Below, one piece after another: positions 8,783 to 16,754 of a DNA stretch of 64,000 nucleotides. The position numbers were made by a program, and so were the translations under genes. Position 1 is the stretch's first letter; each line of letters begins with the position of its first letter. Source of the DNA: Nannocystis sp. SCPEA4 (GTDB lineage: Bacteria > Myxococcota_A > Polyangia > Nannocystales > Nannocystaceae); assembly GCF_026626685.1 (NCBI RefSeq), contig NZ_JAPNJX010000021.1, forward strand, positions 169,329 through 233,328, written 5' to 3'. The notes below the pieces were generated by a model that was given only the letters and a program-made list of their open reading frames with translations, did not search any database and was not told the origin of the DNA.

Positions 8783-9562
8783 ATGACAAGCACCAATTCA
8801 CCGCGGATCGCCATCGTCACCGGCGGCGGCAACGGCATCGGCCGCGCCACCGCCCGCATGCTCGCCGACGCCGGCTACGCCGTCGCCGTGTGGGACCTGG
8901 CCGAACAGGCAGCCGAGGAGGTCGTGTCCGCGATCACCGCCGCCGGCGGCGTCGCCATCGCCCGCAAGGTCGACGTCACCAAGCCCGAGGACTGCGTCGC
9001 CGCGGCCGCCGCCGTGGTCGAGCGGTTCGGCCGCATCGACGTCCTCATCAACAACGCCGGGGTCGTCCGCGACGGCCAGCTGGTCAAGGTCAAGGACGGA
9101 CAGGTGGTCGGCCAGATGAGCGCCGAGCAGTTCCAGTTCGTCCTCGATGTCTGCCTCAAGGGCGTGTTCAACTGCACCCAGGCGGTCGTGCCGACCATGA
9201 TCGCCCAGAAGTACGGCCGCATCATCAGCACCAGCTCGGTCGTCGCCCTCTACGGCAACTTCGGCCAGACCAACTACGTCGCCGCCAAGGCCGGCGTGAT
9301 CGGCATGACGCGCGTATGGGCGCGCGAGCTCGGCCGTTACGGCATCACCGCCAACGTCGTCGCCCCGGGTTTCATCTCGACCGACATGGTCAAGAGCATC
9401 CCCGAGAAGGTGCTGCAGTCGATGATCGAGCACACCCCGGTCGGGCGCGCGGGTCAGCCCGACGACATCGCTCGCGCCTACCTCTTCCTCGCGGACGAGA
9501 AGTCGAGCTTCATCACCGGCGCCACTTTGAGCGTCGACGGCGGCTCGGTCCTCGGCACCTGA
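8783..9562 (+). CDS. fabG: 3-oxoacyl-ACP reductase (SDR family, FabG-like)
   Basis: RIAIVTGGGNGIGRATA (TGxxxGxG), NNAG, catalytic Y..K (YVAAKAGV), and PG motif (VAPGFISTDM). Start at the in-frame ATG 8783. It is divergent from the ACP gene. Confidence 0.8.
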   Translation: MTSTNSPRIAIVTGGGNGIGRATARMLADAGYAVAVWDLAEQAAEEVVSAITAAGGVAIARKVDVTKPEDCVAAAAAVVERFGRIDVLINNAGVVRDGQLVKVKDGQVVGQMSAEQFQFVLDVCLKGVFNCTQAVVPTMIAQKYGRIISTSSVVALYGNFGQTNYVAAKAGVIGMTRVWARELGRYGITANVVAPGFISTDMVKSIPEKVLQSMIEHTPVGRAGQPDDIARAYLFLADEKSSFITGATLSVDGGSVLGT

Positions 9563-9663
9563 GCCGCAGCACGCGGTTCAGGTCCGATTGCGTGGGCGGC
9601 GAACAGCGTCCTCACGGCGCGCGCGGCGCTGAACAGCCTCCGCCACGGCAGGCCCTCACCCTG

Positions 9664-9697
9664 CCCGCGCGGACCTCGGGCCGCGCGCGGCATTTTG
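9664..9697 (+). terminator. GC-rich hairpin (CCGCGCGG palindromes) followed by CATTTTG, downstream of fabG
   Basis: cccgcgcggacctcgggccgcgcgcgg then cattttg, located 100 nt after the fabG stop. It is the only T-tract terminator-like structure I saw. Confidence 0.3.
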
Positions 9698-9742
9698 CCC
9701 CTTCGTTGCAGCAGCAGCGCGAAAAGCCTACCGTAACGGGCG

Positions 9743-11527
9743 ATGCACGACGAAGGCGCGCGCTGGCTACCCAAGTTTCTCGCGGACAGCGGGTATCGCC
9801 ACGCGATGTATACCCATCAGTGGACCGAGGTGCTGATCTGGCGCGACGCGGAGCGCTGGCTCGGCCGCGGACCCGACCGCGACAGCGCCCTCGAAGATGC
9901 GCTGACGCAGATGTTCCCCTCGGCGGCGGCGCGCCAGCTCTTCGATCGCTTCCGCGAGGGCCTCCAGGAGCCAGCGCGCCCGCCCGCGGCGCCGGTCCCG
10001 CCGTCCGTATCCACCGAGCCTATCTCCGCCCCGCCCGCCGCCGCCGCCGCGCCCGAGCCCGAGCAGCCGCGCAGCCCGATCGTCGGCCGAATTCAGCTGC
10101 CCACGTATCCGGCGGCAGCGGTCGCCGAGGCGCGCGAGACGCTGGAAGAGATCCTCAAGGACATCCAGGACATGCGCCCCGACTTCGCGCTCATGTCCCC
10201 GCGCTACCAAAAGGTCTACATGCTGGCCTGGATCTCGCGCGCGCGCAGCTTCGACGAGCAGTTCCAGGGCGAGCACAAGATCACCGTGTTGGTGCGGCGC
10301 ATCGCCCACGAGCTGACCAACCTGAGCAAGACCTTGTGGCCGGGTTCGGTGCAGGCGCTGCAGATGAACGCCGTGCCCGCGTGTGTGGTCACCGAGCTCG
10401 GGCTCAAGACCCTGCACGCGCCGAAGACCTGGGCCGAGGCCCACGAATTCGTGCAGAACCACAAGGAGCGGGCGCTGACCAGCGAGGTCCCGGTCGACGA
10501 TTACGGCTGGGCCGATCGCGCGCGCAAGACCCCGCCGGGCCCGCCGCGCACGCTCTTGCGTGAGGCCCAGCGGGCCATCGAAGCCATCGCCGGCAACGTC
10601 ACCGATCCGCCGCCGCGCCACCTCACCACGCCGCCCGAGGAGCTGCCCAACGAGCAGCTCGACGCGCTCCTCAAGCACGCCCAGGCGCTGCGCGAGATCC
10701 GTCGCTTCATCGCCGCCGAGGATCCCGAGACCTGGGGCGCCGTCATGGGTCGCCTGCGCTGGCTCGCGGGGCGCCTCGGCGAGCGTCTGCCGCTGTTGCG
10801 TCGCTGGCTCGACCCCGAGTTCATCCCGCCGCCGGAGCGGGCCAAGACCGGTCCCTCCGCCGATCAGGTGCGCCAGCAACAGGCGGCCGTGCGGGCCGAA
10901 CGCGACGCGCTGGCCGCCGCCGACAGCTTCGACGACGAGACCCTGCTCGCCTTCTTGCAGCGGGCCTTCGACGCCCACAACACGCCGGAGGTCGCCTCGC
11001 TGGTCCAGCCGATCCGGCCGCGCATCGACGCCCTGCGGCCCGACCTGTTCGAGGATCGCCGCCTGCGTCGCCGCCTCACCGGCCTGCACGACGTGCTCAA
11101 GCGCGGCGAGCTCGGCGTACTGCCTTCCGACAGCGACGGCGACCTCGAGGAAGAGACCGACGACGTCGACGATCCGGGCGCGCACCTCGTCGCCCAGGTC
11201 CGGCCCAAGGTCGAGGGCAAGCGGGTCCTCTTCGTCAGCAACCGCGAGGACCCCGATCTCAAGTCCAAGCTCGAGGAGTCGCTCGGCCTCGACATCACCT
11301 GGTGCGACGGCAACGCCCGCAAGGTCCAGGCCCAGTGCGAGAGCATCTCGCGCCACAGCTACGACTACGTGCTCATCGCCACCGGCTTCCAGGCCCACAA
11401 CATCGACGGGATCCTGGCCCGCGCCGCCCGGGCCAGCGCCATTCCTTATGTGCGCGTGTTCAAGGGCCGTCCGCTCGCGGTCGCCCGCGCCCTCGCGCGC
11501 AGCCTCGGCGTCGCCTCGGCCGCCTGA
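9743..11527 (+). CDS. Hypothetical protein, 594 aa, with Pro/Ala-rich linkers; C-terminal ~100 aa resembles small conserved bacterial domains (DUF2325-like)
   Basis: Long ORF with codon usage consistent with the genome. I recognise no catalytic motif. Confidence 0.5.
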   Translation: MHDEGARWLPKFLADSGYRHAMYTHQWTEVLIWRDAERWLGRGPDRDSALEDALTQMFPSAAARQLFDRFREGLQEPARPPAAPVPPSVSTEPISAPPAAAAAPEPEQPRSPIVGRIQLPTYPAAAVAEARETLEEILKDIQDMRPDFALMSPRYQKVYMLAWISRARSFDEQFQGEHKITVLVRRIAHELTNLSKTLWPGSVQALQMNAVPACVVTELGLKTLHAPKTWAEAHEFVQNHKERALTSEVPVDDYGWADRARKTPPGPPRTLLREAQRAIEAIAGNVTDPPPRHLTTPPEELPNEQLDALLKHAQALREIRRFIAAEDPETWGAVMGRLRWLAGRLGERLPLLRRWLDPEFIPPPERAKTGPSADQVRQQQAAVRAERDALAAADSFDDETLLAFLQRAFDAHNTPEVASLVQPIRPRIDALRPDLFEDRRLRRRLTGLHDVLKRGELGVLPSDSDGDLEEETDDVDDPGAHLVAQVRPKVEGKRVLFVSNREDPDLKSKLEESLGLDITWCDGNARKVQAQCESISRHSYDYVLIATGFQAHNIDGILARAARASAIPYVRVFKGRPLAVARALARSLGVASAA

Positions 11528-11864
11528 TCCAAAGCGGTGCAGATCCGTGTGGCCCGCGCCACACGGCGACCCGCCGCGCTTGAACCCCGGTCAACAGCGC
11601 GAACCCGCCCCGCGCTTGGCCCAGTTACTGAATGTAGTTCGAGACGGCGACGACGACCGGGCGAGGTTCCGGCGATCGATGCGAGATCCCCAGCTCGTGG
11701 ACACTCGACCGGAGCTGGCGCGAACGACATGTCCATGCGGACATATGTCCACGGGCAGTTCCGCCCCCGGGGCCCGCTGTTCATGGCTGTCTCTTGCGAC
11801 ATGTCCACTCGGACATTCCCGAGCTCCGCCGCGGACACCAACCTCGGCCGCCGGAGCGACTCGC

Positions 11865-12464
11865 TCACTCGACCGCGATCGTCAGCTCGAACGGCTCGCC
11901 CTTGCGGGTCCCGGCGATCGTCCAGCGATCGAGCAAGCGCATCCGCGAGTACAGCCGCAGCGCCGCGTCGATGCCGTCGATCGGCTCGCCGTTGACGCTG
12001 CGCACCAGATCGCCGTTCTTGAAGCCGAAGAGCGCCAGCGGCGAGCCGGCGCGGATGGAGTACAGGTTGAACCCGACCGTCTTCCCGTCTCGCATCGCCG
12101 GGATCACGCGGGCCAGCCGGGGCGCCGTTTCCGGCGCCGCCACGAACGCGTCGAACTCGGCGCGCTTCACCACGCACACGCCGGCGTTGCACACCGGCGT
12201 CAGCGGCGAATCCTCCCGCGGGGCTGCCGGCGCCGGCAGCTCCGGCGCGCTCGGCCGCTTGGACCCCTCCTGGCACACCTGCAGCGCGACCTGCTGCTTC
12301 ACCAGATCGGCCTTCAGCGCCTCGATCTGCGCCCGGTGCTCGGCGAGCAGCGCCGACGTCGCCGCCAGCTCGGCCTGCAGCGCCGCCCGCTCGCGCCCGA
12401 CCGGGTCGCAGCCGAGCAGCATCAGCCCCACGAACGACCACGCGCCTGTCCGTCGCCTCGCCAT
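11865..12464 (-). CDS. PDZ-domain lipoprotein (GspC-like/periplasmic), lipobox LLGC
   Basis: MARRRTGAWSFVGLMLLGCD gives a signal peptide plus lipobox Cys. A coiled-coil segment follows, then the PDZ-like segment GFNLYSIRAGSPLALFGFKNGDLVRSVNGEPI. Start placed at ATG 12464, within the longer track ORF. Confidence 0.5.
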   Translation of the reverse strand: MARRRTGAWSFVGLMLLGCDPVGRERAALQAELAATSALLAEHRAQIEALKADLVKQQVALQVCQEGSKRPSAPELPAPAAPREDSPLTPVCNAGVCVVKRAEFDAFVAAPETAPRLARVIPAMRDGKTVGFNLYSIRAGSPLALFGFKNGDLVRSVNGEPIDGIDAALRLYSRMRLLDRWTIAGTRKGEPFELTIAVE

Positions 12465-12520
12465 CACGGGCGACTGAAGCACGACCGCCCCGCCGGCGAC
12501 AAGCGCGCTACAGTCCGCGC

Positions 12521-12736
12521 ATGACCCTCCCTGCCGAGCCCCGCGAGCCGCTGCTGCTGGCCCTGCGCCGCACGGACCCCGCCGCCTTCCGCCGCGAGGT
12601 CCGGGCCGTCCTGGCAGCCCAGGCCAGCGTGAGCGCCGGCGCGCGCGCCCTCGGCCTGCGCGAGGCCACCCTGCGCGACCTGCTCGCGGCCGACCCCGAG
12701 CTCGGCCGTGGCCTGGACCTCGACGACTGGCCTTGA
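12521..12736 (+). CDS. Small hypothetical protein (71 aa), possibly HTH-like
   Basis: The ORF ends immediately before the 14-bp phased CATG array. Its codon usage is compatible with the genome, and I found no homology to a known family. Confidence 0.3.
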   Translation: MTLPAEPREPLLLALRRTDPAAFRREVRAVLAAQASVSAGARALGLREATLRDLLAADPELGRGLDLDDWP

Positions 12737-12820
12737 GGCCATGCTCTGAAGGACACATCCGTCCCGTCTGACGCGCCAGGTCATGCCCTTCAGAACATGT
12801 CCTTGAGACCATGTTGCGAC
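12737..12820 (+). repeat. Array of six 14-bp phased units (G-R-M-CATG-TCC + 4 nt); CATG at 12740, (12756 degenerate), 12782, 12796, 12810
   Basis: Counted directly: ggcCATGctctgaa / ggacaCATCcgtcc / .. / ggtCATGcccttca / gaaCATGtccttga / gacCATGttgcgac. The array also contains the inverted repeats CTGAAGG/CCTTCAG. Confidence 0.5.
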
Positions 12821-12857
12821 GACTGACAACCCCGACTCCGCGTGCGACACTCGGCCC

Positions 12858-13283
12858 ATGCAGCAGCCGGTCGTCATCAGCGAACAGGAGCTCGACCGCC
12901 GCCACGGCACCCGCGCCCGCCTCGCCTCCGGCGGCGTCTACGGCTGCGCCTGCGCGGTGTACGAGGGCGACCTCACCGTCGACGGCGACGCCTGGCTCGG
13001 CGACGAGCACTGGTCGCAGCTGCAGCTCGCCGCCGCCCCGCAGGACATCGGCACCATCGCCGTCACCGGCAACCTCATCGTCCGCGGCGAGCTCCGCGTG
13101 TCCGACCGCCTGATGTGCGCCGTCGTCCTCGGCGATCTCGTGGCCCGCGCGCTCTTCATCTTCGAGACCGAGTTCTACGTCGGCGGTGACCTGCGGGTCG
13201 ATCGCCTCCAGGACCGCGACGACTACCTCACCGTCGTCGGCGAGCGCGTGGTGGCCGAGCCGGACGTGACCGGCGACGACTGA
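12858..13283 (+). CDS. Hypothetical protein (141 aa)
   Basis: The ORF has good codon usage. GNLIVRGELRV/VLGDLVARAL repeats could be a small beta-helical (bactofilin-like) fold, which is a weak guess. Confidence 0.4.
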   Translation: MQQPVVISEQELDRRHGTRARLASGGVYGCACAVYEGDLTVDGDAWLGDEHWSQLQLAAAPQDIGTIAVTGNLIVRGELRVSDRLMCAVVLGDLVARALFIFETEFYVGGDLRVDRLQDRDDYLTVVGERVVAEPDVTGDD

Positions 13284-13364
13284 GCCGCAGTGGGCGTGAG
13301 CACATGTCCTTTCGGACATGACACGCTCTGGCCCACGCGAGCACCGCGGCGCCGCTCGTGCGGC

Positions 13365-16073
13365 TCACTTGCGCCGCTTCGCCCGCACCACGCAGCGCGC
13401 CGCGACCTGCGGGCGGAACAGCGTGCGGGCCAGCGTCCACACCGCCTCGGCGGTGACCGCCCGGACCCGCTGCGGGTAGGCGAACGCGCGCGCCCGCGGC
13501 AGCCCGTACACCTCCGACAGCGCCAGCAGCGACGCCATCCGGCTGCGGCGCTGCTGCCCGAGCTCGAACTGGCCGACCAGCCACGCCTGCGCGCGCGCCA
13601 CCTCGGCCGGCGACGGCGGCTCCCGCACCGCGCGCTCGACCTCCGCCGCGATCGCGGCCAGCGCCTTCGGCAGCTTGTCCTGGCTGGTCGACGCGTGGAT
13701 CGCCACGTGGCCGGCGTCGACGCCCTCGACGCTCGACATCGACACCTCGTACACCAGCCCCTGGACCTCGCGCAGCGCCGTGAACAGCCGCCCCGTCTGG
13801 CCCCCGAGCACCGCGCTGAGCACGTCGAGCGCCGGCTCGCGCTCGTCGCCGACGGCGATCCCCGGCCAGCCGAGGGCGATGTGGGCCTGCTCGCGGTCCT
13901 GGAAGATCTCGCGCTCGCGCGGCCCTCGCGGCGCCTGCACCGGCTTCGCCTTGCCTGGCCCTTCAGGCATCCTGTCCCAAAGGCCAGCCTCGCGCAGCGC
14001 CGCCTCGACCTGGGCCGCCGCCGCCGCGACGTCGACGTCGCCCGCCAGCGCCAGCACCGCCTGCCCGATCGGGTAGTCGCGCCGCCACAGCGCCTTCAAT
14101 TTGGCCGGCGTCAGCGCCCGCAGCCCCTCGGGCGTGCCGCGGACCGGGCGGCTGAACGGATGCTCGCCGTACAGGAGCTTGTGCAGCCCGCGGGACGCCA
14201 CCTGGCCCGGGTCGTCGACCTCGGCCGCCAGATCCTGCAGGGCCACGCGCCGCTCCTCGTCGAGCTCGTCGGCCGCGAACGTCGGCGTGATCGTGCAGTC
14301 GAGCGCGTGCCCGAGCACCGCCGGGAAGTGCCGCGCCAGGCACTCGAAGTGCAGCCCGAGGCTGTTGCGGCCGGCGAACCCGTCGAGCCCCGCCGCCATG
14401 CCGTCGATCGCCCGGCTCAGCGCCTCGCCGCCCGTGCGCGCGTTGCCGCGGGTGAGCAGGGCCGCGGCCACCGAATTCGAGCCGGCCAGCGCGGCCGACT
14501 CGCGCCGCTGTCCCCCGGGCCAGATCAGCCAACCCGCCGCCACCGGCACCGCCGGCTCGACCCGCGCCAGCAGCCGCAGCCCGTTCGGCAGCGTCAGCGT
14601 GTCGATCCCGTCGGGCGCCCGCTTCGGCGCCGGTCCGCCGCGCCGCGGCCCCTCCGCCGGCTTCAGCGCGGCGTCGACGGCGGTCTTGACGGACCTGGCC
14701 TTGGCGACATCCACCTCGGCGCGCGGCAGCTCGAGGCTGACGCACGCGTGCGCCGGATCGAGCCAGCGCGCGCAGGCCGAGCGGACCGCCTCCGGCGTCA
14801 ACGCGGCCAGGGCCGCGTAGTACTCGCGCTCGCGCGCCAGGTCGCCGAAGATCGTGGCGCACGCACCCAGCGCGTGCGCCTGGCCCTGCACCGTCTCGCG
14901 CCGGTACACCAGGTCGCTCTCGAGGATCGCCTTGGCCCGCGCCAGCTCCTCGGGCGACACCGACGCCGCCGCCAGCCGCCGCACCTGGGTCAGCACCGCC
15001 GTCACCGCCGCGGCCGCCTGGGCCGCGGTCGTGCGCGCCGACACCAGCAGGGACCCGCCGAGCCGCAGCGTGTCGCAGTGGGCCTGGATGTCCGAAACGA
15101 CCTGTTCTTTGCGCCGTGTCTCGGCGACCAGGCGCGACGACTCGCCGTTGCCGAGCACCACCGCCGCGGCGTCGATCGCCGCCGCGTCGGCCGCTCCGGC
15201 CGCGGGCGCCGGCCAGGCCAGCAGCACGTAGGCCTCCTGGACCTCGGCGCGCTTCACCGTCACCCCGGGCCGCGGCGCCGGCTCACCCGTCGGCCGCCGG
15301 GCCGGCGCGGCCGGCAGCGCTCCGACGGTCGCCCGCGCCACCTTGCGCAGCGCCGCCACGTCGACCGCGCCGACGGCCACCAGCGTCAGCCGCTCGCCCG
15401 CGTAGGCCCGGCGGTGATAGGCCCGCAGCCGCGTCGCCGTGTGGCCGGCGACCTCGGCCTCGAGCCCCAGCACCGGCCGCGCGTACGCGTGCGTCCCGTA
15501 CACCCGCTCGAGCGCCGCCTGCGTCACCCGCTGGCCCGGGTCGTCGTCGTACTGCTTGATCTCCTCGATCACCACCTCGCGCTCCTGCGCCAGCGTGGTC
15601 GGGTCGAGCGTCGGGTGCAGCGTCGCCGCGGCGATCAGCGCCGCCGCCTCGGCCGCCCGCGCCGCCGGGGCCGTCACGTGCACCACCGTCTCGTCGTGGC
15701 TGGTGAACGCGTTGATGTCGCCGCCGAGCGCCTCGATCGCCCCCGCGAGGTCGAGCGCCGGCTCGGCCCGCCGCACCCCGGCCTTCGCCAGGCGCGCGCG
15801 GATGCTCTTCGGGCCATGTCCCAGAGCACATGGCTTGAAGAGCATGTGCTCGAGCAGGTGGGCGCAGCCGTGCTCGTCCGGGCGCTCGGCCGCGGTCCCC
15901 GACCCCACCCACAGCTGGATCGCCGCCGGTCCGGCGCCGGCCGGGCGCGCCGGCAGGATCAGCAGGCGGGCGCCGTTGGCCAGGCGCTCGTCGATGAGCG
16001 AGGCGAATTCGGAGGCGGCACCCGGAAGATCGAGGCCGCGGGGCGAGGGAGGCGAGACGGGCAGATCGGGCAC
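13365..16073 (-). CDS. M16 (pitrilysin/insulinase) family zinc peptidase, two tandem M16 units
   Basis: The HxxEH zinc motif is in GCAHLLEHMLFKP. The 902 aa contain a second inactive-type M16 half (..GSNSVAAALLTRGNARTGGE..). Confidence 0.8.
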   Translation of the reverse strand: MPDLPVSPPSPRGLDLPGAASEFASLIDERLANGARLLILPARPAGAGPAAIQLWVGSGTAAERPDEHGCAHLLEHMLFKPCALGHGPKSIRARLAKAGVRRAEPALDLAGAIEALGGDINAFTSHDETVVHVTAPAARAAEAAALIAAATLHPTLDPTTLAQEREVVIEEIKQYDDDPGQRVTQAALERVYGTHAYARPVLGLEAEVAGHTATRLRAYHRRAYAGERLTLVAVGAVDVAALRKVARATVGALPAAPARRPTGEPAPRPGVTVKRAEVQEAYVLLAWPAPAAGAADAAAIDAAAVVLGNGESSRLVAETRRKEQVVSDIQAHCDTLRLGGSLLVSARTTAAQAAAAVTAVLTQVRRLAAASVSPEELARAKAILESDLVYRRETVQGQAHALGACATIFGDLAREREYYAALAALTPEAVRSACARWLDPAHACVSLELPRAEVDVAKARSVKTAVDAALKPAEGPRRGGPAPKRAPDGIDTLTLPNGLRLLARVEPAVPVAAGWLIWPGGQRRESAALAGSNSVAAALLTRGNARTGGEALSRAIDGMAAGLDGFAGRNSLGLHFECLARHFPAVLGHALDCTITPTFAADELDEERRVALQDLAAEVDDPGQVASRGLHKLLYGEHPFSRPVRGTPEGLRALTPAKLKALWRRDYPIGQAVLALAGDVDVAAAAAQVEAALREAGLWDRMPEGPGKAKPVQAPRGPREREIFQDREQAHIALGWPGIAVGDEREPALDVLSAVLGGQTGRLFTALREVQGLVYEVSMSSVEGVDAGHVAIHASTSQDKLPKALAAIAAEVERAVREPPSPAEVARAQAWLVGQFELGQQRRSRMASLLALSEVYGLPRARAFAYPQRVRAVTAEAVWTLARTLFRPQVAARCVVRAKRRK

Positions 16074-16310
16074 GGTGTTGCTCGCCGCCCGCCTGTCGCG
16101 CGCGGCGCCCCCTCATACCCCGAGTCGCCGCCGCGCGCATCCTCGCCCGCGACCCGCGCCGCCCGGCGATCGCCCCGGCGCCCGCAGCTCGTCGACCCGT
16201 GACCGGCCTCGACGGCGCCGCGATCCGCCGTTTCCCGCGTCTTCCAGGCCCTTCCGCGCCTCCCCGGCCTGCCCGCGTCGCGTCCGCGCCCGGCACGGCT
16301 CCGCGCCCCG

Positions 16311-16640
16311 GTCTCACCGCCACGCGCTCGCCTCGGCCCGGCCCGGTGACTTCCCGTCTCACCGCGACGCGCTCGCCTCGGCCCCTCGCCCCGACCACGA
16401 GCAGCCCCCTCTCACCGCGACGCGCTCGCGTCGGGCCCCTCGCGCCACGAACAGCCCCCCGCGTCACCTCCGCGCCTGGTCTCACCGCCACGCGCTCGCG
16501 TCGGCCCCTCGCGCCACGAGCAGCCCCCCGCGTCACCTCCGCGCCCCGGTCTCACCGCCACGTGCTCGCGTCGGCCCCACGCTCCGGCCGCGACCTGTCA
16601 CCCGCGTCACCTTCCACGTCGCTGCGACTCGCGACCGCGC
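16311..16640 (+). repeat. Intergenic tandem repeat, 5 copies of a ~45-80-bp unit (GTCTCACCGC[C/G]ACGCGCTCGC[C/G]TCGG..CCCTCGCGCCACGAGCAGCCCCCCGCGTCACCTCCGCGCC)
   Basis: Copies start at 16311, 16356, 16410, 16489 and 16559. Copies 3-4 are ~97% identical over 70-79 bp. The array lies upstream of the 16755 gene. The minus-strand ORF 15283..16536 (GERVAVR repeats) is only the translation of this array. Confidence 0.7.
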
Positions 16641-16754
16641 TGGCCGGTCGCTCGCGTCCTCTCGCGCGCCCGCCATCGCGGGCCTCGCCGGCCTGCGCGC
16701 CCGCGCCCGCGCCCCATCCGGCCCGGGGCCGATTTTCTGCGGTATCGTCCCGCC

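Noticed and set aside
8284-12524. Track ORFs 8284..10563 (+, 759 aa), 9767..11398 (-, 543 aa), 10560..12524 (+, 654 aa)
   Set aside because: They overlap better-supported genes (fabG, the 9743 gene, the PDZ lipoprotein) in other frames, and their composition is low-complexity.
16311-16640. Tandem repeat array considered as a possible CRISPR array
   Set aside because: Units are directly adjacent with no unique spacers. Unit length varies (45-80 bp). There are no cas genes in the window.
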